Shown piece by piece: positions 23,067-32,713 of a stretch of 37,335 nucleotides of DNA. The notes under the pieces are model-generated. The model ran no database searches, was not told where the DNA came from, and was given only the letters and a program-made list of their open reading frames with translations. The DNA comes from Tenericutes bacterium HGW-Tenericutes-5 (GTDB lineage: Bacteria > Bacillota_I > Bacilli_A > Izemoplasmatales > Hujiaoplasmataceae): positions 1-37,335 of the forward strand of contig PGXI01000001.1 in the NCBI GenBank assembly GCA_002839125.1. The letters run 5' to 3'. Numbering within the stretch: position 1 is the first letter of the stretch; each line of letters opens with the position of its first letter. The position numbers and the translations under genes are program-made.

Positions 23067-24410
23067 TTATTTTATTGAAAGGAGAGTAACACTTTCAACA
23101 TGACTGGTTTGAGGGAACATATCCACAGGAGCTATTCTGTTAATAGAATAGTTATTATCCAAGAGATAATCTAAATCTCGTGCCAAAGTTGCCGGATTAC
23201 AAGATATGTAAACCACTTTAGGGAACTTCATTTTAACTATCGTATTTAAAAGTTCTTTGGAACAACCTTTACGAGGTGGATCAACTATTATAACGTCGAA
23301 ATTAAAACCTTTCCATTTTTCTAGTACTTTATCGATATTTCCTAGTTCAAACAAAGCATTTTTGACGCCGTTAAGTCGAGCGTTTCTTTTAGCATCATTT
23401 ACTGCCGATTTCACTATTTCAACACCAAAAACTTTATTGACTTTATCAGATATAGAAATTGCAATTGACCCAATTCCACTGTAAGCATCAATTACTCTTT
23501 CGTTGCCTGTAAATCTAGCGAATTCAATGACTTTTTTATAGAGTCTTTCTGCTTGTAGAGTATTAACTTGGAAGAAAGATCTAAAACCAATTTCAAATTG
23601 TTTTCCCAATATTTCGTCTTTAATATAATCTCTTCCGTGAACTAATCTAATTTCTTCATCTGAAAACGGACTTTCATCTATTGTTTTAGAAATCCCGATT
23701 CCTACAACTTCTGGTAGGTTCTTAACGATGCTTTCAACAAACTCAACTTCATTAGGAATTTCATCTGTAGCAATGTTAAATAAAACAGAAATTTCTTTAT
23801 ACTTACTTGATTCACGTATAACAGCTGATTTTAATACTCCAGTATTATCTAAAGAATTAAAAGCTTTGATTCCATATTGATTAGCTAAATTTCTTATTAA
23901 ATTTAGCAACTCAAAAGATTTTTTTTGCATTATATGACACTCTTGCAAATTCACTACATGATGTGATTTTGCTTTAAAAAAGCCAGCCTTAATACCTTTA
24001 TCTTCTTGAGAAAATTTAATTTCAATTTTGTTTCGATAATGATAAGGGTTAACCATCGTAATAATATCTTCAATTATGATATCGGCTTGTTTTAATTTTT
24101 TCGCCATAAGCTCTAATCGATACTTTTTAAATGCGGCTTGGACATCATAATCCATATGCATCAATTCACAGCCACCACACTCATAAAAATGTTTACACTT
24201 TGGAGCTTGACGATATGGACTACGGTTTAATCTTTCGATAACCTTACCGAATCCATAACTTTTCTTTCTTTCTATAACTTCAATTTTAGCAGCTTCACCC
24301 TTTAATAAATCTTCAACGAAAACTGTGTAACCATCTTCTAACTTGGTTACACCTAATCCATCATGAGTTAAATCAACTGCTTTTACAACAAAAATATTAT
24401 TATCCGACAT
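23067..24410 (-). CDS. 23S rRNA (uracil-C5)-methyltransferase, RumA/RlmD family
   Basis: N-terminal TRAM domain. Fe-S Cys cluster CKHFYECGGCELMH. SAM motif DAYSGIGSI. Catalytic Cys in YISCNPATLARD. Confidence 0.88.
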   Translation of the reverse strand: MSDNNIFVVKAVDLTHDGLGVTKLEDGYTVFVEDLLKGEAAKIEVIERKKSYGFGKVIERLNRSPYRQAPKCKHFYECGGCELMHMDYDVQAAFKKYRLELMAKKLKQADIIIEDIITMVNPYHYRNKIEIKFSQEDKGIKAGFFKAKSHHVVNLQECHIMQKKSFELLNLIRNLANQYGIKAFNSLDNTGVLKSAVIRESSKYKEISVLFNIATDEIPNEVEFVESIVKNLPEVVGIGISKTIDESPFSDEEIRLVHGRDYIKDEILGKQFEIGFRSFFQVNTLQAERLYKKVIEFARFTGNERVIDAYSGIGSIAISISDKVNKVFGVEIVKSAVNDAKRNARLNGVKNALFELGNIDKVLEKWKGFNFDVIIVDPPRKGCSKELLNTIVKMKFPKVVYISCNPATLARDLDYLLDNNYSINRIAPVDMFPQTSHVESVTLLSIK

Positions 24411-24490
24411 TTTCTACCCTTTCTTATCTATAATAAAAAAGCACATAAGCCTCAATTTATTATACCACATTTTGTTAAAACAATGTAAGT

Positions 24491-24523
24491 TTAAAAATAA
24501 AAAGCCAGAATTGACTGGCTTTT
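24491..24523 (-). terminator. rho-independent terminator of the VanZ-DUF2089-MFS operon
   Basis: Stem AAAAGCCAG / CTGGCTTTT with a 6-nt loop. It overlaps the MFS stop and is followed on the minus strand by TTATTTTT. Confidence 0.75.
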
Positions 24524-25829
24524 ATAGATGTACATATGTTTTCTTTTTGTAGTATACCAAAATTACAATTCCGAGACCAAATGTACATAATATGTATAAA
24601 GAGATAATTGAAAAATTTGAAATTATAAATCCCGCTAGCAAAGATGCTAAAGGTATTAACGCTTGAGATACAATGTTTGATACACTTATTACTTTTCCGA
24701 GTTGATTCTGATCTATATTGTTTTGCATAATAATTTGAACCGGAACATTAAACGATGTTGAGGCTAAACCCGCTAACAGACCTGAAATAACCGTTAAAAT
24801 TAAAGTCAAATTTATTGAAATATAGTTTAAATAATAAAGTATCATTACCGAAGCCATCAACGCTATAGCTACACCCATAGCGAAGACCGATCTCATTAAA
24901 CTCTTGCCATAACTTTTCTTTTTTGGGGCTTTTGCGAGTATTAAAGCCATTACTATTCCAGCAACTGAAAAACCAATTAATATTATTGAATACCAATTTT
25001 CTACTGTCAAAAAATTCATAAAAAGATACTTAGGTTCAGAATTTAGTCCATAATCTATAAAATAAGGAAAACCATTATTCAGAATTGGAACTATGAAAAA
25101 ATTAAGAGATAGAGCCATAATTAGCAAACTAAACATAGCCTTATAATTATATAGATACTTCATACCACTTTTAATTTCTTCAAAAACCTTAATCTTTCGA
25201 TCTTCACGATGTTCAAAATGATCATACTTGATAAACATTTCCGTGACCGCAGAAATCAAATAGGCTAATCCATTAATGAAAAATATGATATAGATATTGA
25301 AAGCAGAAAACATGATGCCACCCAATATAAGTCCAGCAATATTTTGAAGACTCATTGAACCATGTAATAAACTGGATGCTTGTGGCAATTCATCTTCAGT
25401 AACAATGAATTTTAATAATGATCCGCTTGCCGGATTAAAAAAAGCTGAGTTTAAACCTAAGATTACATTCATTGCGAATAATGCAATCAATTTAAAATTT
25501 GAAGCTGGATCTAAAAAAATAATTAATCCAACTGATAATATTACAAAACCTCTTATATAATCAGTTAAATACATAATTTTAACCTTATTTATTCTATCTG
25601 CCAACACCCCTCCAAAAGGCATAAAAACCAATAGAACTAGACCCGCAACACCTAAGTATATTCCTTGAACTAAAGGGGCATATGTTTCTCCATATACCTC
25701 TTTAGCTATTCTAAGAACATATAGACTCATCACAAAATTAAATAAAATGTGTGCTACATTCGAAACCAATACTCCATAAAACAATAATGTATAATTCTTA
25801 TTTTTGAATACGTTCACTTTGTTTTCCAT
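24522..25829 (-). CDS. MFS transporter (12 TM)
   Basis: 435 aa with twelve hydrophobic helices. GGVLADRINK lies in loop 2-3 (MFS motif A-like). Confidence 0.8.
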   Translation of the reverse strand: MENKVNVFKNKNYTLLFYGVLVSNVAHILFNFVMSLYVLRIAKEVYGETYAPLVQGIYLGVAGLVLLVFMPFGGVLADRINKVKIMYLTDYIRGFVILSVGLIIFLDPASNFKLIALFAMNVILGLNSAFFNPASGSLLKFIVTEDELPQASSLLHGSMSLQNIAGLILGGIMFSAFNIYIIFFINGLAYLISAVTEMFIKYDHFEHREDRKIKVFEEIKSGMKYLYNYKAMFSLLIMALSLNFFIVPILNNGFPYFIDYGLNSEPKYLFMNFLTVENWYSIILIGFSVAGIVMALILAKAPKKKSYGKSLMRSVFAMGVAIALMASVMILYYLNYISINLTLILTVISGLLAGLASTSFNVPVQIIMQNNIDQNQLGKVISVSNIVSQALIPLASLLAGFIISNFSIISLYILCTFGLGIVILVYYKKKTYVHL

Positions 25830-25837
25830 GATGTTCT

Positions 25838-26224
25838 CTATTCTACAAGAATCTTAATTATATCTCCATCCGCAGATTTCACATTTACGATTTCACCCAT
25901 AACTCCTGAGTTGATCATACCGATTAGTTCATCAATATCCAAATCAAAGTCTGCTGTATCAACTTTCATAATCTTTTTGCTTTTTAAAAGTTTTGCGAAT
26001 TCGATTGGTAGTTCGATTCTAACTTCATCACCATCAGCTGAATCTACAAGAATCTTTAACATTCTAAATTGATTCTTCTTAAATACTACTTGTGATTCTT
26101 CCTTTTCTTCTGAAGCTCCTAATGAATTCAATAATTTTTCTGCTTGTTCAGCATTAATAACATTTTTTGATAATAAATCTAATATTTTAAGTCTTTCTGC
26201 CTTTAAATCATTATTTCTTGCCAT
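25838..26224 (-). CDS. SHOCT-like-helix protein with C-terminal beta-rich module (DUF2089-associated)
   Basis: ERLKILDLLSKNVINAEQAEKLLNSLG (SHOCT-like), then MLKILVDSADGDEVRIELPIEFAKLL...GEIVNVKSADGDIIKILVE. It lies directly downstream of a DUF2089 gene. Confidence 0.55.
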   Translation of the reverse strand: MARNNDLKAERLKILDLLSKNVINAEQAEKLLNSLGASEEKEESQVVFKKNQFRMLKILVDSADGDEVRIELPIEFAKLLKSKKIMKVDTADFDLDIDELIGMINSGVMGEIVNVKSADGDIIKILVE

Positions 26225-26238
26225 TTTCTTTATCCCCC

Positions 26239-26736
26239 TTATTTTAATTTAGCTAGCAATTCAGCTGCTTCTTCAGGTGTAATTTCACCTTTATCTATTT
26301 TTTCTAAGATTTCAACTCTTGATGTATCTGGTGTTTCATCAACTTTTACTTCTTTTTCTTCTTTTTCTTCTTTACCATCTAGTTGGTATCCTAATCCTAC
26401 TACTACGTCATCAAGCATTTTTTTGATTGTTGGGTATGAATACCCCATTTCTTTTTCAATTGCTTTGATATTTCCGCGATTCTTAACAAATACTTCGATG
26501 AAATAAAGTTTCTCTGTGTCTAAATAATTGAATTTTGATAATGTGAATTGCCCTTTGATCTCTGTTGAACAATGGTTACAAACTAATTGAACAACTTCTA
26601 AATCATGATGACAAACTGGGCATTCAGATATAACCGGATATTTCTTTGAATTTTGTTTGTGACCTTTTAAATTAAATGATTTTTTGATATCTTCTTCGAT
26701 TGATCTTCTTAAATCGTCTTTTAAATCTAACTTCAT
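26239..26736 (-). CDS. DUF2089-family zinc-ribbon/HTH protein with C-terminal SHOCT-like helix
   Basis: Zinc ribbon CPVCHHDLEVVQLVCNHCSTEIKGQF. HTH-like segment NRGNIKAIEKEMGYSYPTIKKML. C-terminal EILEKIDKGEITPEEAAELLAKL. Confidence 0.75.
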   Translation of the reverse strand: MKLDLKDDLRRSIEEDIKKSFNLKGHKQNSKKYPVISECPVCHHDLEVVQLVCNHCSTEIKGQFTLSKFNYLDTEKLYFIEVFVKNRGNIKAIEKEMGYSYPTIKKMLDDVVVGLGYQLDGKEEKEEKEVKVDETPDTSRVEILEKIDKGEITPEEAAELLAKLK

Positions 26737-26759
26737 AATTTGTCTCCTTTTTTATTTTT

Positions 26760-27566
26760 TTATATTGTTTTAATTATTACTTTTTCTTTAGTGTGAGCAT
26801 TAACTTTGATTTTGATTCCTTTAGAATTAACGATTTTAATTAATTCAGCTTTTGTTATTGGCATATCCATTTTATCAAACTTAATGAACGGTATAGCTAA
26901 TTTAAATAAAACTAATGGTATTGGAAAAAAGAACAGAACACTCAAGAACTTTGTTACTTTTGCTTCATCAGGAATTATTATTCTTAATTTTACAAAATGA
27001 GCATTATTTGTAAATCTGATATAACTTTCACTACTATATAAATATTTATAAGCTTTCCTTGGCGATATTTCATTTGATTGAAGTTTATTATATATTTCAT
27101 AATCACTTAGATTATACTTTTTGTTAAAAATCAACATAAATAATCCAAATCCTAAGATGAAACCTCCGAAATCATATAAGAATATATCTAATGCACTAGC
27201 TGTTCTATCTATCGGTATATTTTGTAAAAGTTCATCCGCTGTAGCTGTTAATAATCCTAAAACCAAAACTTTTAAAATTGATAATCTCCATTCCCTAGCT
27301 GTAAAGAAATATGAGATTCCCAAAATCATGTATTCAAAAACGTGTGCTCCTTTTCTTACAACGATGTTAAGCGTTGATAATGAGATAGTGTTGTTTACAA
27401 ATACAGAGTCTAACAATGATTTGATATTAACACTTAAACCCGAACTCATCTCTCCCGATTCTGTTCCTGAGAACAGTGACATAGAAAATATGAATAGTGT
27501 TATTACGATTGTTATACTTAGTGTAATTACTTTCTGCTTATTTCTTTTCAGTTTCTCTGTTAGCAT
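26760..27566 (-). CDS. VanZ-family membrane protein with C-terminal SHOCT-like/beta-module extension
   Basis: VanZ core (VRKGAHVFEYMILG, ...DELLQ...DR.AS..D). The C-terminal roughly 120 aa resemble the 128-aa protein two genes downstream. Confidence 0.7.
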   Translation of the reverse strand: MLTEKLKRNKQKVITLSITIVITLFIFSMSLFSGTESGEMSSGLSVNIKSLLDSVFVNNTISLSTLNIVVRKGAHVFEYMILGISYFFTAREWRLSILKVLVLGLLTATADELLQNIPIDRTASALDIFLYDFGGFILGFGLFMLIFNKKYNLSDYEIYNKLQSNEISPRKAYKYLYSSESYIRFTNNAHFVKLRIIIPDEAKVTKFLSVLFFFPIPLVLFKLAIPFIKFDKMDMPITKAELIKIVNSKGIKIKVNAHTKEKVIIKTI

Positions 27567-27669
27567 AAACTCTCTCCCAATATCCTTCTGATGATAAATC
27601 TTGATTAACTGCTCTTGTCATATCGTTCCATCTGACAATGCTATTCAGTCTCTTCATAATATTTTTCAT
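27538..27669 (-). CDS. small ORF (43 aa), hand-called, below the ORF-track threshold
   Basis: ATG 27669 lies 7 nt after a perfect SD AGGAGG. Translation: MKNIMKRLNSIVRWNDMTRAVNQDLSSEGYWERVYANRETEKK. It overlaps the VanZ start by 29 nt in another frame and shares a YW(D/E)xVY motif with the preceding small ORF. Confidence 0.45.
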   Translation of the reverse strand: MKNIMKRLNSIVRWNDMTRAVNQDLSSEGYWERVYANRETEKK

Positions 27670-27689
27670 ATAAGATCCTCCTAATTTAT

Positions 27690-27800
27690 TTATTTGTTTT
27701 TACAAGGTTTGCAAATATCTGTGTATACTTGATCCCAATATTCTTGTGGGCATACGCCATAAGTGTAAACTCTTACTAATTTGTCATTTCTTTGTTTCAT
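27690..27800 (-). CDS. small Cys-containing ORF (36 aa)
   Basis: ATG 27800 lies 6 nt after SD AAGGGGGAA. Translation: MKQRNDKLVRVYTYGVCPQEYWDQVYTDICKPCKNK. The 65-aa ORF-track version starts at a TTG with no SD, only about 5 nt from the predicted TSS. Confidence 0.5.
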   Translation of the reverse strand: MKQRNDKLVRVYTYGVCPQEYWDQVYTDICKPCKNK

Positions 27801-27898
27801 TTTTATTTCCCCCTTATTAATAAAAATGGGTTTAAGTGTTAATTCAATCTTATTGATTAATTTCAGTTGATTTATTAACTTTATCAACTTACACCTTA

Positions 27899-27926
27899 AT
27901 TATATCAAGGTTTTTATTAATGTCAA
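27899..27926 (-). promoter_or_regulatory. consensus sigma70 promoter of the sORF-VanZ-DUF2089-MFS operon
   Basis: Minus strand: TTGACA (27921-27926), 16-nt spacer, TATAAT (27899-27904). The roughly 95-nt leader contains the small hairpins GTTGAT-N11-ATCAAC and TTAATCAAT/ATTGAATTAA. Confidence 0.7.
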
Positions 27927-27967
27927 GCATTTTTTATTATTTTTTTTAATTTTTTTAAACTTTTATT

Positions 27968-27995
27968 AAAAAAAGCCAATTTTCTTGGCTTTTTA
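27968..27995 (-). terminator. rho-independent terminator of uvrB
   Basis: AAAAAGCCAA / TTGGCTTTTT with a 5-nt loop, followed on the minus strand by T7. Confidence 0.75.
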
Positions 27996-28024
27996 AATTA
28001 ATTTTTTTAATTTTTACTTTAATT

Positions 28025-29986
28025 TTATAAATTTTTCTTCAATTCAAATATTAAATCTCGAATTCGAGCAGCTTGTTCAAAATCTAATTCCTTTGCATAA
28101 ACCATCATTTGTCTTTCTAACATTTCAATATTCTTTTCAATTTCTTTTTTACTCAACTTATCAAAATCATAAGAATCTTGATTAGCTTCAGTTTTAATTG
28201 ATATTGAATCCGGAATATTTTTAAGAATTGTTTTTGGAGTAATCAAGTTCACTTTATTATATTCTTCCTGGATTGATCTTCTTCTATTAGTTTCATAGAT
28301 TGCTTTTTCCATTGATTGCGTGATACGAGTCGCATACATTATGACGTGACCGTTAACATTTCTCGCAGCCCGACCAATTGTTTGGATTAATGATTTCTCA
28401 CTTCTTAAGAATCCTTCTTTATCAGCGTCCAAAATTGCAATCAAAGAAACTTCAGGTAAATCTAAACCTTCACGTAAAAGATTGATACCGACTAAAATAT
28501 CGAAATCACCCAAACGCAACTTTCTTATTATTTCCATTCTTTCAAGAGATTTAACCTTCGAATGTAAATAACCCACTTTATATCCCAGGGATTTTAAATG
28601 GTTTGTTAAATCCTCGCTCATTTTGATTGTTAAGGTTGTAATTAGAACTCTTTCTTTTTGGTTGATTGTTTTATTTATTTCAATTAATAAGTCATCGATT
28701 TGGTTCATTGACTCTCTTACTTCAACAATCGGATCAACAAGTCCAGTCGGTCTAATAATCTGTTCAATTACATACTTACTTCTTTCAAGCTCATAATCAC
28801 CAGGCGTCGCAGACACATAGATGACTTGATTTATCTTTTCATTGAACTCATCAAAATTAAGTGGTCTGTTATCCATAGCGCTTGGTAATCTAAACCCATA
28901 ATCAACAAGAGTTTGTTTTCTTGATCTATCACCATTAAACATACCTCTTACTTGAGGTAAAGTAACATGAGACTCATCAACAATCAATAAAAAGTCTTTC
29001 GGGAAAAAGTCTATAAGAGTTGATGGTGTCTCACCTTCTCCTCTTAAAGCTAAATGTCGGGAGTAGTTTTCTACTCCAGCCACGGTTCCCATTTCCCTTA
29101 GCATTTCTAAATCATACATTGTTCTTTGTTCTATTCTTTCAGCTTCTAAAAGCTTATTATTATCCTTGAAAAATTTAATTCTTTCTATAAGTTCTTCCTT
29201 GATTCTTCCTAAAGCTTCTTCTAATTTATCGCTATCCGTTAAGAAGTGAGACGCTGGGAATAAAGATAACATTTCATAGTCTTTATAAATTTCTCCAGAA
29301 ACAATATTAAATTCTCTAATTCTTTTTACTTCATCAAAATCAAATTCGATTCTTATTCCTTTAGTTTTATTGTATGGCGGCAATATTTCAACTACATCAC
29401 CTCTCACTCTAAAACTTCCTCTGACAAAATCAATATCATTTCGAACATAAAGAATATCAATCAAACGATTTAACAAGGCTTCTCGAGAAATTTGTTCAGA
29501 TTTTCTTATCGTTACCATTCCGGCTTTATAAACTTCAGGATCACCGATACCATAGATACAAGATACACTGGCAACGATTATAACATCTCTTCTTTCTAAT
29601 AAAGATGAAGTAGCCGCATGCCTAAGCTCATCAATTTCGTCATTGATTGAAGCATCCTTTTCAATATAAATATCCGCTCCGGGAACATAAGCTTCCGGTT
29701 GATAATAGTCATAATAAGAAATAAAATACTCAACGCGATTTTCTGGAAATAAGGCTTTTAATTCCGAATAAAGCTGTCCCGCTAAGGTTTTATTATGAGC
29801 AAGTACAAGCGTGGGACGATTCACTTCCTGAATAACATTAGCTACAGTATAAGTTTTACCTGTACCAGTAGCCCCCAACAATACTTGTTCTTTTATTCCA
29901 TTATTTAAATTGTCAATTAATTGCTCGATTGCTTTGGGTTGATCCCCCATCGGCCTATAATCTGACTTTAAAATAAATTTATCCAT
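28025..29986 (-). CDS. uvrB: excinuclease ABC subunit B
   Basis: Canonical UvrB throughout: [10 protein letters not shown], Walker [13 protein letters not shown], beta-hairpin [11 protein letters not shown]-terminal UVR domain [12 protein letters not shown]. The start is taken as ATG 29986 ([10 protein letters not shown]...), 5 nt after GGTGA. Confidence 0.95.
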   Translation of the reverse strand: MDKFILKSDYRPMGDQPKAIEQLIDNLNNGIKEQVLLGATGTGKTYTVANVIQEVNRPTLVLAHNKTLAGQLYSELKALFPENRVEYFISYYDYYQPEAYVPGADIYIEKDASINDEIDELRHAATSSLLERRDVIIVASVSCIYGIGDPEVYKAGMVTIRKSEQISREALLNRLIDILYVRNDIDFVRGSFRVRGDVVEILPPYNKTKGIRIEFDFDEVKRIREFNIVSGEIYKDYEMLSLFPASHFLTDSDKLEEALGRIKEELIERIKFFKDNNKLLEAERIEQRTMYDLEMLREMGTVAGVENYSRHLALRGEGETPSTLIDFFPKDFLLIVDESHVTLPQVRGMFNGDRSRKQTLVDYGFRLPSAMDNRPLNFDEFNEKINQVIYVSATPGDYELERSKYVIEQIIRPTGLVDPIVEVRESMNQIDDLLIEINKTINQKERVLITTLTIKMSEDLTNHLKSLGYKVGYLHSKVKSLERMEIIRKLRLGDFDILVGINLLREGLDLPEVSLIAILDADKEGFLRSEKSLIQTIGRAARNVNGHVIMYATRITQSMEKAIYETNRRRSIQEEYNKVNLITPKTILKNIPDSISIKTEANQDSYDFDKLSKKEIEKNIEMLERQMMVYAKELDFEQAARIRDLIFELKKNL

Positions 29987-30073
29987 TTTAATCACCGGTA
30001 TTAGTATATCATATAAATTAAATCAACTGGTTATTTATTGATTAAATTGATAGAATAGTAATAGGTGAAATTA

Positions 30074-31732
30074 ATGAAAATTCTATTAGTAGGAATAAAC
30101 TCTAAGTTTATCCATCCTAATCTCGCAATAAGATATTTAAAAGCAAATTGTGATTATGATGTAAAAATATTAGAGTACACAATCAAAGATAAGTTTGATG
30201 ACATAATTAAAGATATGAAAATTGATCAATATGATATTATTGGTTTTAGTTGTTATATTTGGAATATCGAACTCATCACAAATATCCTAAATCATATAGA
30301 GATTACCTTTAAGAATAAAACAATTATTCTCGGTGGTCCGGAAGTAAGTTATGATTATGACTCTTACTTGCTGGAAAAACTTGCCCAATTTATTATTACT
30401 GGCGAGGGAGAATTAACTTTTAATTCTTTGGTAACGGCAATCGACAAAAAAACCGACCTTTCTTCCATACCAAATCTATCCTATATATATAAGGATGAAA
30501 TAATCAGAACTAAAACAGAACAAATTAAAGATCTTAACATTTTAAAATCTCCTTATCATTTTGCAAATGATTATCATGATATTCATAATAAAATTCAATA
30601 TGTTGAACTATCTCGCGGTTGCCCTTATAAATGTAGCTATTGCTTAGCATCTCTAGAAAAAGGATTAAGATTCTTTGAAATCAAAAATGTTTTTACAATT
30701 ATTGATCACTTAGTTGATAAGGGAGCTAAAACCATCAAGTTTTTGGATAGATCCTTCAACGCTAATAAAACCATAGCTTTAGATTTTTTCAAAATTCTCA
30801 TTGAAAAGGACTACCCAAATACAGTTTTCCAGTTCGAAATAAATGGCGATGTATTACATGAAGACATAATTGAGTATCTTAAATTAAACCTTAAACAAAA
30901 TTATATTCGCTTTGAACTCGGCATTCAATCAACCAATCCTATCGTTAACAAAGCTATTGATAGAAAACAAAACACTGAACAATTAATCAATAACATCATA
31001 AAACTTCAAGAAACCAATGTAATTCTTCATCTCGATCTTATCGCAGGTCTACCACATGAAGACCTGGAGAGTTTTAAAAACACTTTTAATGAAATATTTT
31101 TATTGTTTTCACCAGAACTTCAACTAGGATTTTTGAAGATGTTGAAAGGAACTAAAATAAGAAAAGAAGCTAAAATCTACGATTACAAATTTCAAGAATT
31201 ATCACCTTATGAGATTACTGAAAATAAATTTATTTCTAATGAAGAACTAAAAATAATCCATAAAGTAGAAACCATGCTTGAAATCTATTGGAATCGACAT
31301 TTTATGAACAATACTATAAAATTGATTCTTTCAAATAATTCAAATCCATTCGATTTCTTTCTAAAATTCTATGAGTATCATGAAAACAAAAATATTTCTT
31401 TTAGAAATTACCAATTGTCAGACTTGTTTATAAACATCAAAAATTTTCTGTTAGACATGAATCTCTTTAACATTAAAATAGATGATAGTTTGAAGTTAGA
31501 TTACTTATCGTATAACAAGATTAAACCAAAGATCTACTGGGAAGACAAACTTAATAAACAGGAAATACTAAGAGAGTTCTTTGTTATTAATAATACTTAT
31601 CCAATCGATCTACTATACAAATACTCTCTCGTTACTAAATATCAATTAGGTTATCTAATTGTAATTTATCTTCCCAATGGAAAAATCATTTACTATTTAT
31701 CAAACAATCAAACAAAAAGAATTAGTCTCTAA
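30074..31732 (+). CDS. B12-binding-domain radical SAM protein with DUF4080-type C-terminus
   Basis: N-terminal Rossmann-like B12-binding region. Radical SAM motif GCPYKCSYC (CX3CX2C). Long helical C-terminal extension. The start is moved to ATG 30074 after SD AGGTGA. Confidence 0.75.
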   Translation: MKILLVGINSKFIHPNLAIRYLKANCDYDVKILEYTIKDKFDDIIKDMKIDQYDIIGFSCYIWNIELITNILNHIEITFKNKTIILGGPEVSYDYDSYLLEKLAQFIITGEGELTFNSLVTAIDKKTDLSSIPNLSYIYKDEIIRTKTEQIKDLNILKSPYHFANDYHDIHNKIQYVELSRGCPYKCSYCLASLEKGLRFFEIKNVFTIIDHLVDKGAKTIKFLDRSFNANKTIALDFFKILIEKDYPNTVFQFEINGDVLHEDIIEYLKLNLKQNYIRFELGIQSTNPIVNKAIDRKQNTEQLINNIIKLQETNVILHLDLIAGLPHEDLESFKNTFNEIFLLFSPELQLGFLKMLKGTKIRKEAKIYDYKFQELSPYEITENKFISNEELKIIHKVETMLEIYWNRHFMNNTIKLILSNNSNPFDFFLKFYEYHENKNISFRNYQLSDLFINIKNFLLDMNLFNIKIDDSLKLDYLSYNKIKPKIYWEDKLNKQEILREFFVINNTYPIDLLYKYSLVTKYQLGYLIVIYLPNGKIIYYLSNNQTKRISL

Positions 31733-31753
31733 ATGACTAATTCTTTATTTTTT
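31720..31753. terminator. bidirectional terminator between the radical SAM gene and pfkA
   Basis: 8-bp stem AATTAGTC / GACTAATT with a 7-nt loop that contains the radical SAM stop codon. T-rich tracts follow on both strands. Confidence 0.6.
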
Positions 31754-31756
31754 AAC

Positions 31757-32707
31757 TTAGTTTAATTTGCTTAAATACTTGTACAAATCACTCGGTTTAT
31801 TTTCTTGAATCAATGCTTTATCAAATTCAATATGTCCCACATCAAGACTCTTAGTATAAACAGCATAACCGCCTTTGCCTTCGCTAAGTAATTCTACTGC
31901 ATGTACACCCATTTTGCTTGCTAAAACTCTATCAAAAGCGCTAGGAGTACCTCCTCTTTGAATATAGCCAAGAACTGTGGCTCTTGCTTCATAACCGGAA
32001 TTTTCTTGAATCTTTTCAGCTAAGATTTTTACATCAGTTATATGTTCAGCGACAACTACGATTAAATGTCTTTTTCCCATACTTTCCGCTTTTTGAACTT
32101 GTTTTAAGATATCAGCTTCGTTATACCCTGTGTCTTTGGTAATGACGATTTCCGCTCCTGTTGCTATCCCTGAAAAAATTGATAAGTCGCCACAGTTTCT
32201 TCCCATAACTTCAACTACGGTACATCTTTGATGAGAAAAAGATGTATCTCTTAATTTATCAATAGCGTCAATTGCCGTATCTAAAGCCGTGAAGAACCCA
32301 ATTGTAAATTCTGTACATGCAATATCATTGTCAATAGTACCAGGAATTCCGATACATTTAATCCCCATCTCATTTAGAGCCATAGCGCCTCTAAATGTAC
32401 CATCTCCACCAATACATATCAAATTTTCTATCTCTAGAGCCTTTAAATTATTAACTGCAATTTGCCTTACTTCTTTCTCCTTAAAAGATTCTAATCTTGA
32501 AGATCCTAAAATTGTCCCGCCACGATTTAAAATTTGTCCAACATCGTTGCGTTCCATTCTTTTAATTTTTCCTTCTACTAATCCTTTATATCCATCAAAA
32601 ACTCCATAAGCTTCAAAACCATAGTTTATAGCGCTTCTGACAACCGCTCTAACACAAGCGTTCATTCCGGGTGCGTCGCCACCGGATGTTAACACAGCTA
32701 TTTTCAT
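31757..32707 (-). CDS. pfkA: ATP-dependent 6-phosphofructokinase
   Basis: MKIAVLTSGGDAPGMNA, GGDGT, PGTIDND, MGR, LGYIQRGG. The second ATG (32707) is preferred because it is 9 nt from GAAAGG. The first ATG abuts the dnaE stop (TAAATG). Confidence 0.93.
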   Translation of the reverse strand: MKIAVLTSGGDAPGMNACVRAVVRSAINYGFEAYGVFDGYKGLVEGKIKRMERNDVGQILNRGGTILGSSRLESFKEKEVRQIAVNNLKALEIENLICIGGDGTFRGAMALNEMGIKCIGIPGTIDNDIACTEFTIGFFTALDTAIDAIDKLRDTSFSHQRCTVVEVMGRNCGDLSIFSGIATGAEIVITKDTGYNEADILKQVQKAESMGKRHLIVVVAEHITDVKILAEKIQENSGYEARATVLGYIQRGGTPSAFDRVLASKMGVHAVELLSEGKGGYAVYTKSLDVGHIEFDKALIQENKPSDLYKYLSKLN

Positions 32708-32713
32708 AATCAT

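Noticed and set aside
27801-27887. 65-aa version of the small ORF starting at TTG 27887
   Set aside because: The TTG lies about 5 nt from the predicted transcription start and has no SD. The extension (IKLINQLKLINKIELTLKPIFINKGEIK) looks like translated AT-rich leader sequence. The internal ATG at 27800 has a strong SD.
29987-30073. SOS (LexA/Cheo) box upstream of uvrB
   Set aside because: I looked for GAAC-N4-GTTC in the uvrB / radical SAM divergent intergenic region and found none. No SOS operator can be claimed.
27690-31732. Possible RiPP cluster: Cys-containing 36-aa peptide plus a B12-radical SAM enzyme 2.3 kb away
   Set aside because: The two are separated by uvrB, lie on opposite strands and have independent promoters and terminators. 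The DUF4080-type radical SAM protein is, as far as I recall, a widely conserved stand-alone gene. No peptidase or dedicated RiPP exporter/recognition element is adjacent. Evidence is insufficient; the small ORFs are reported on their own instead.
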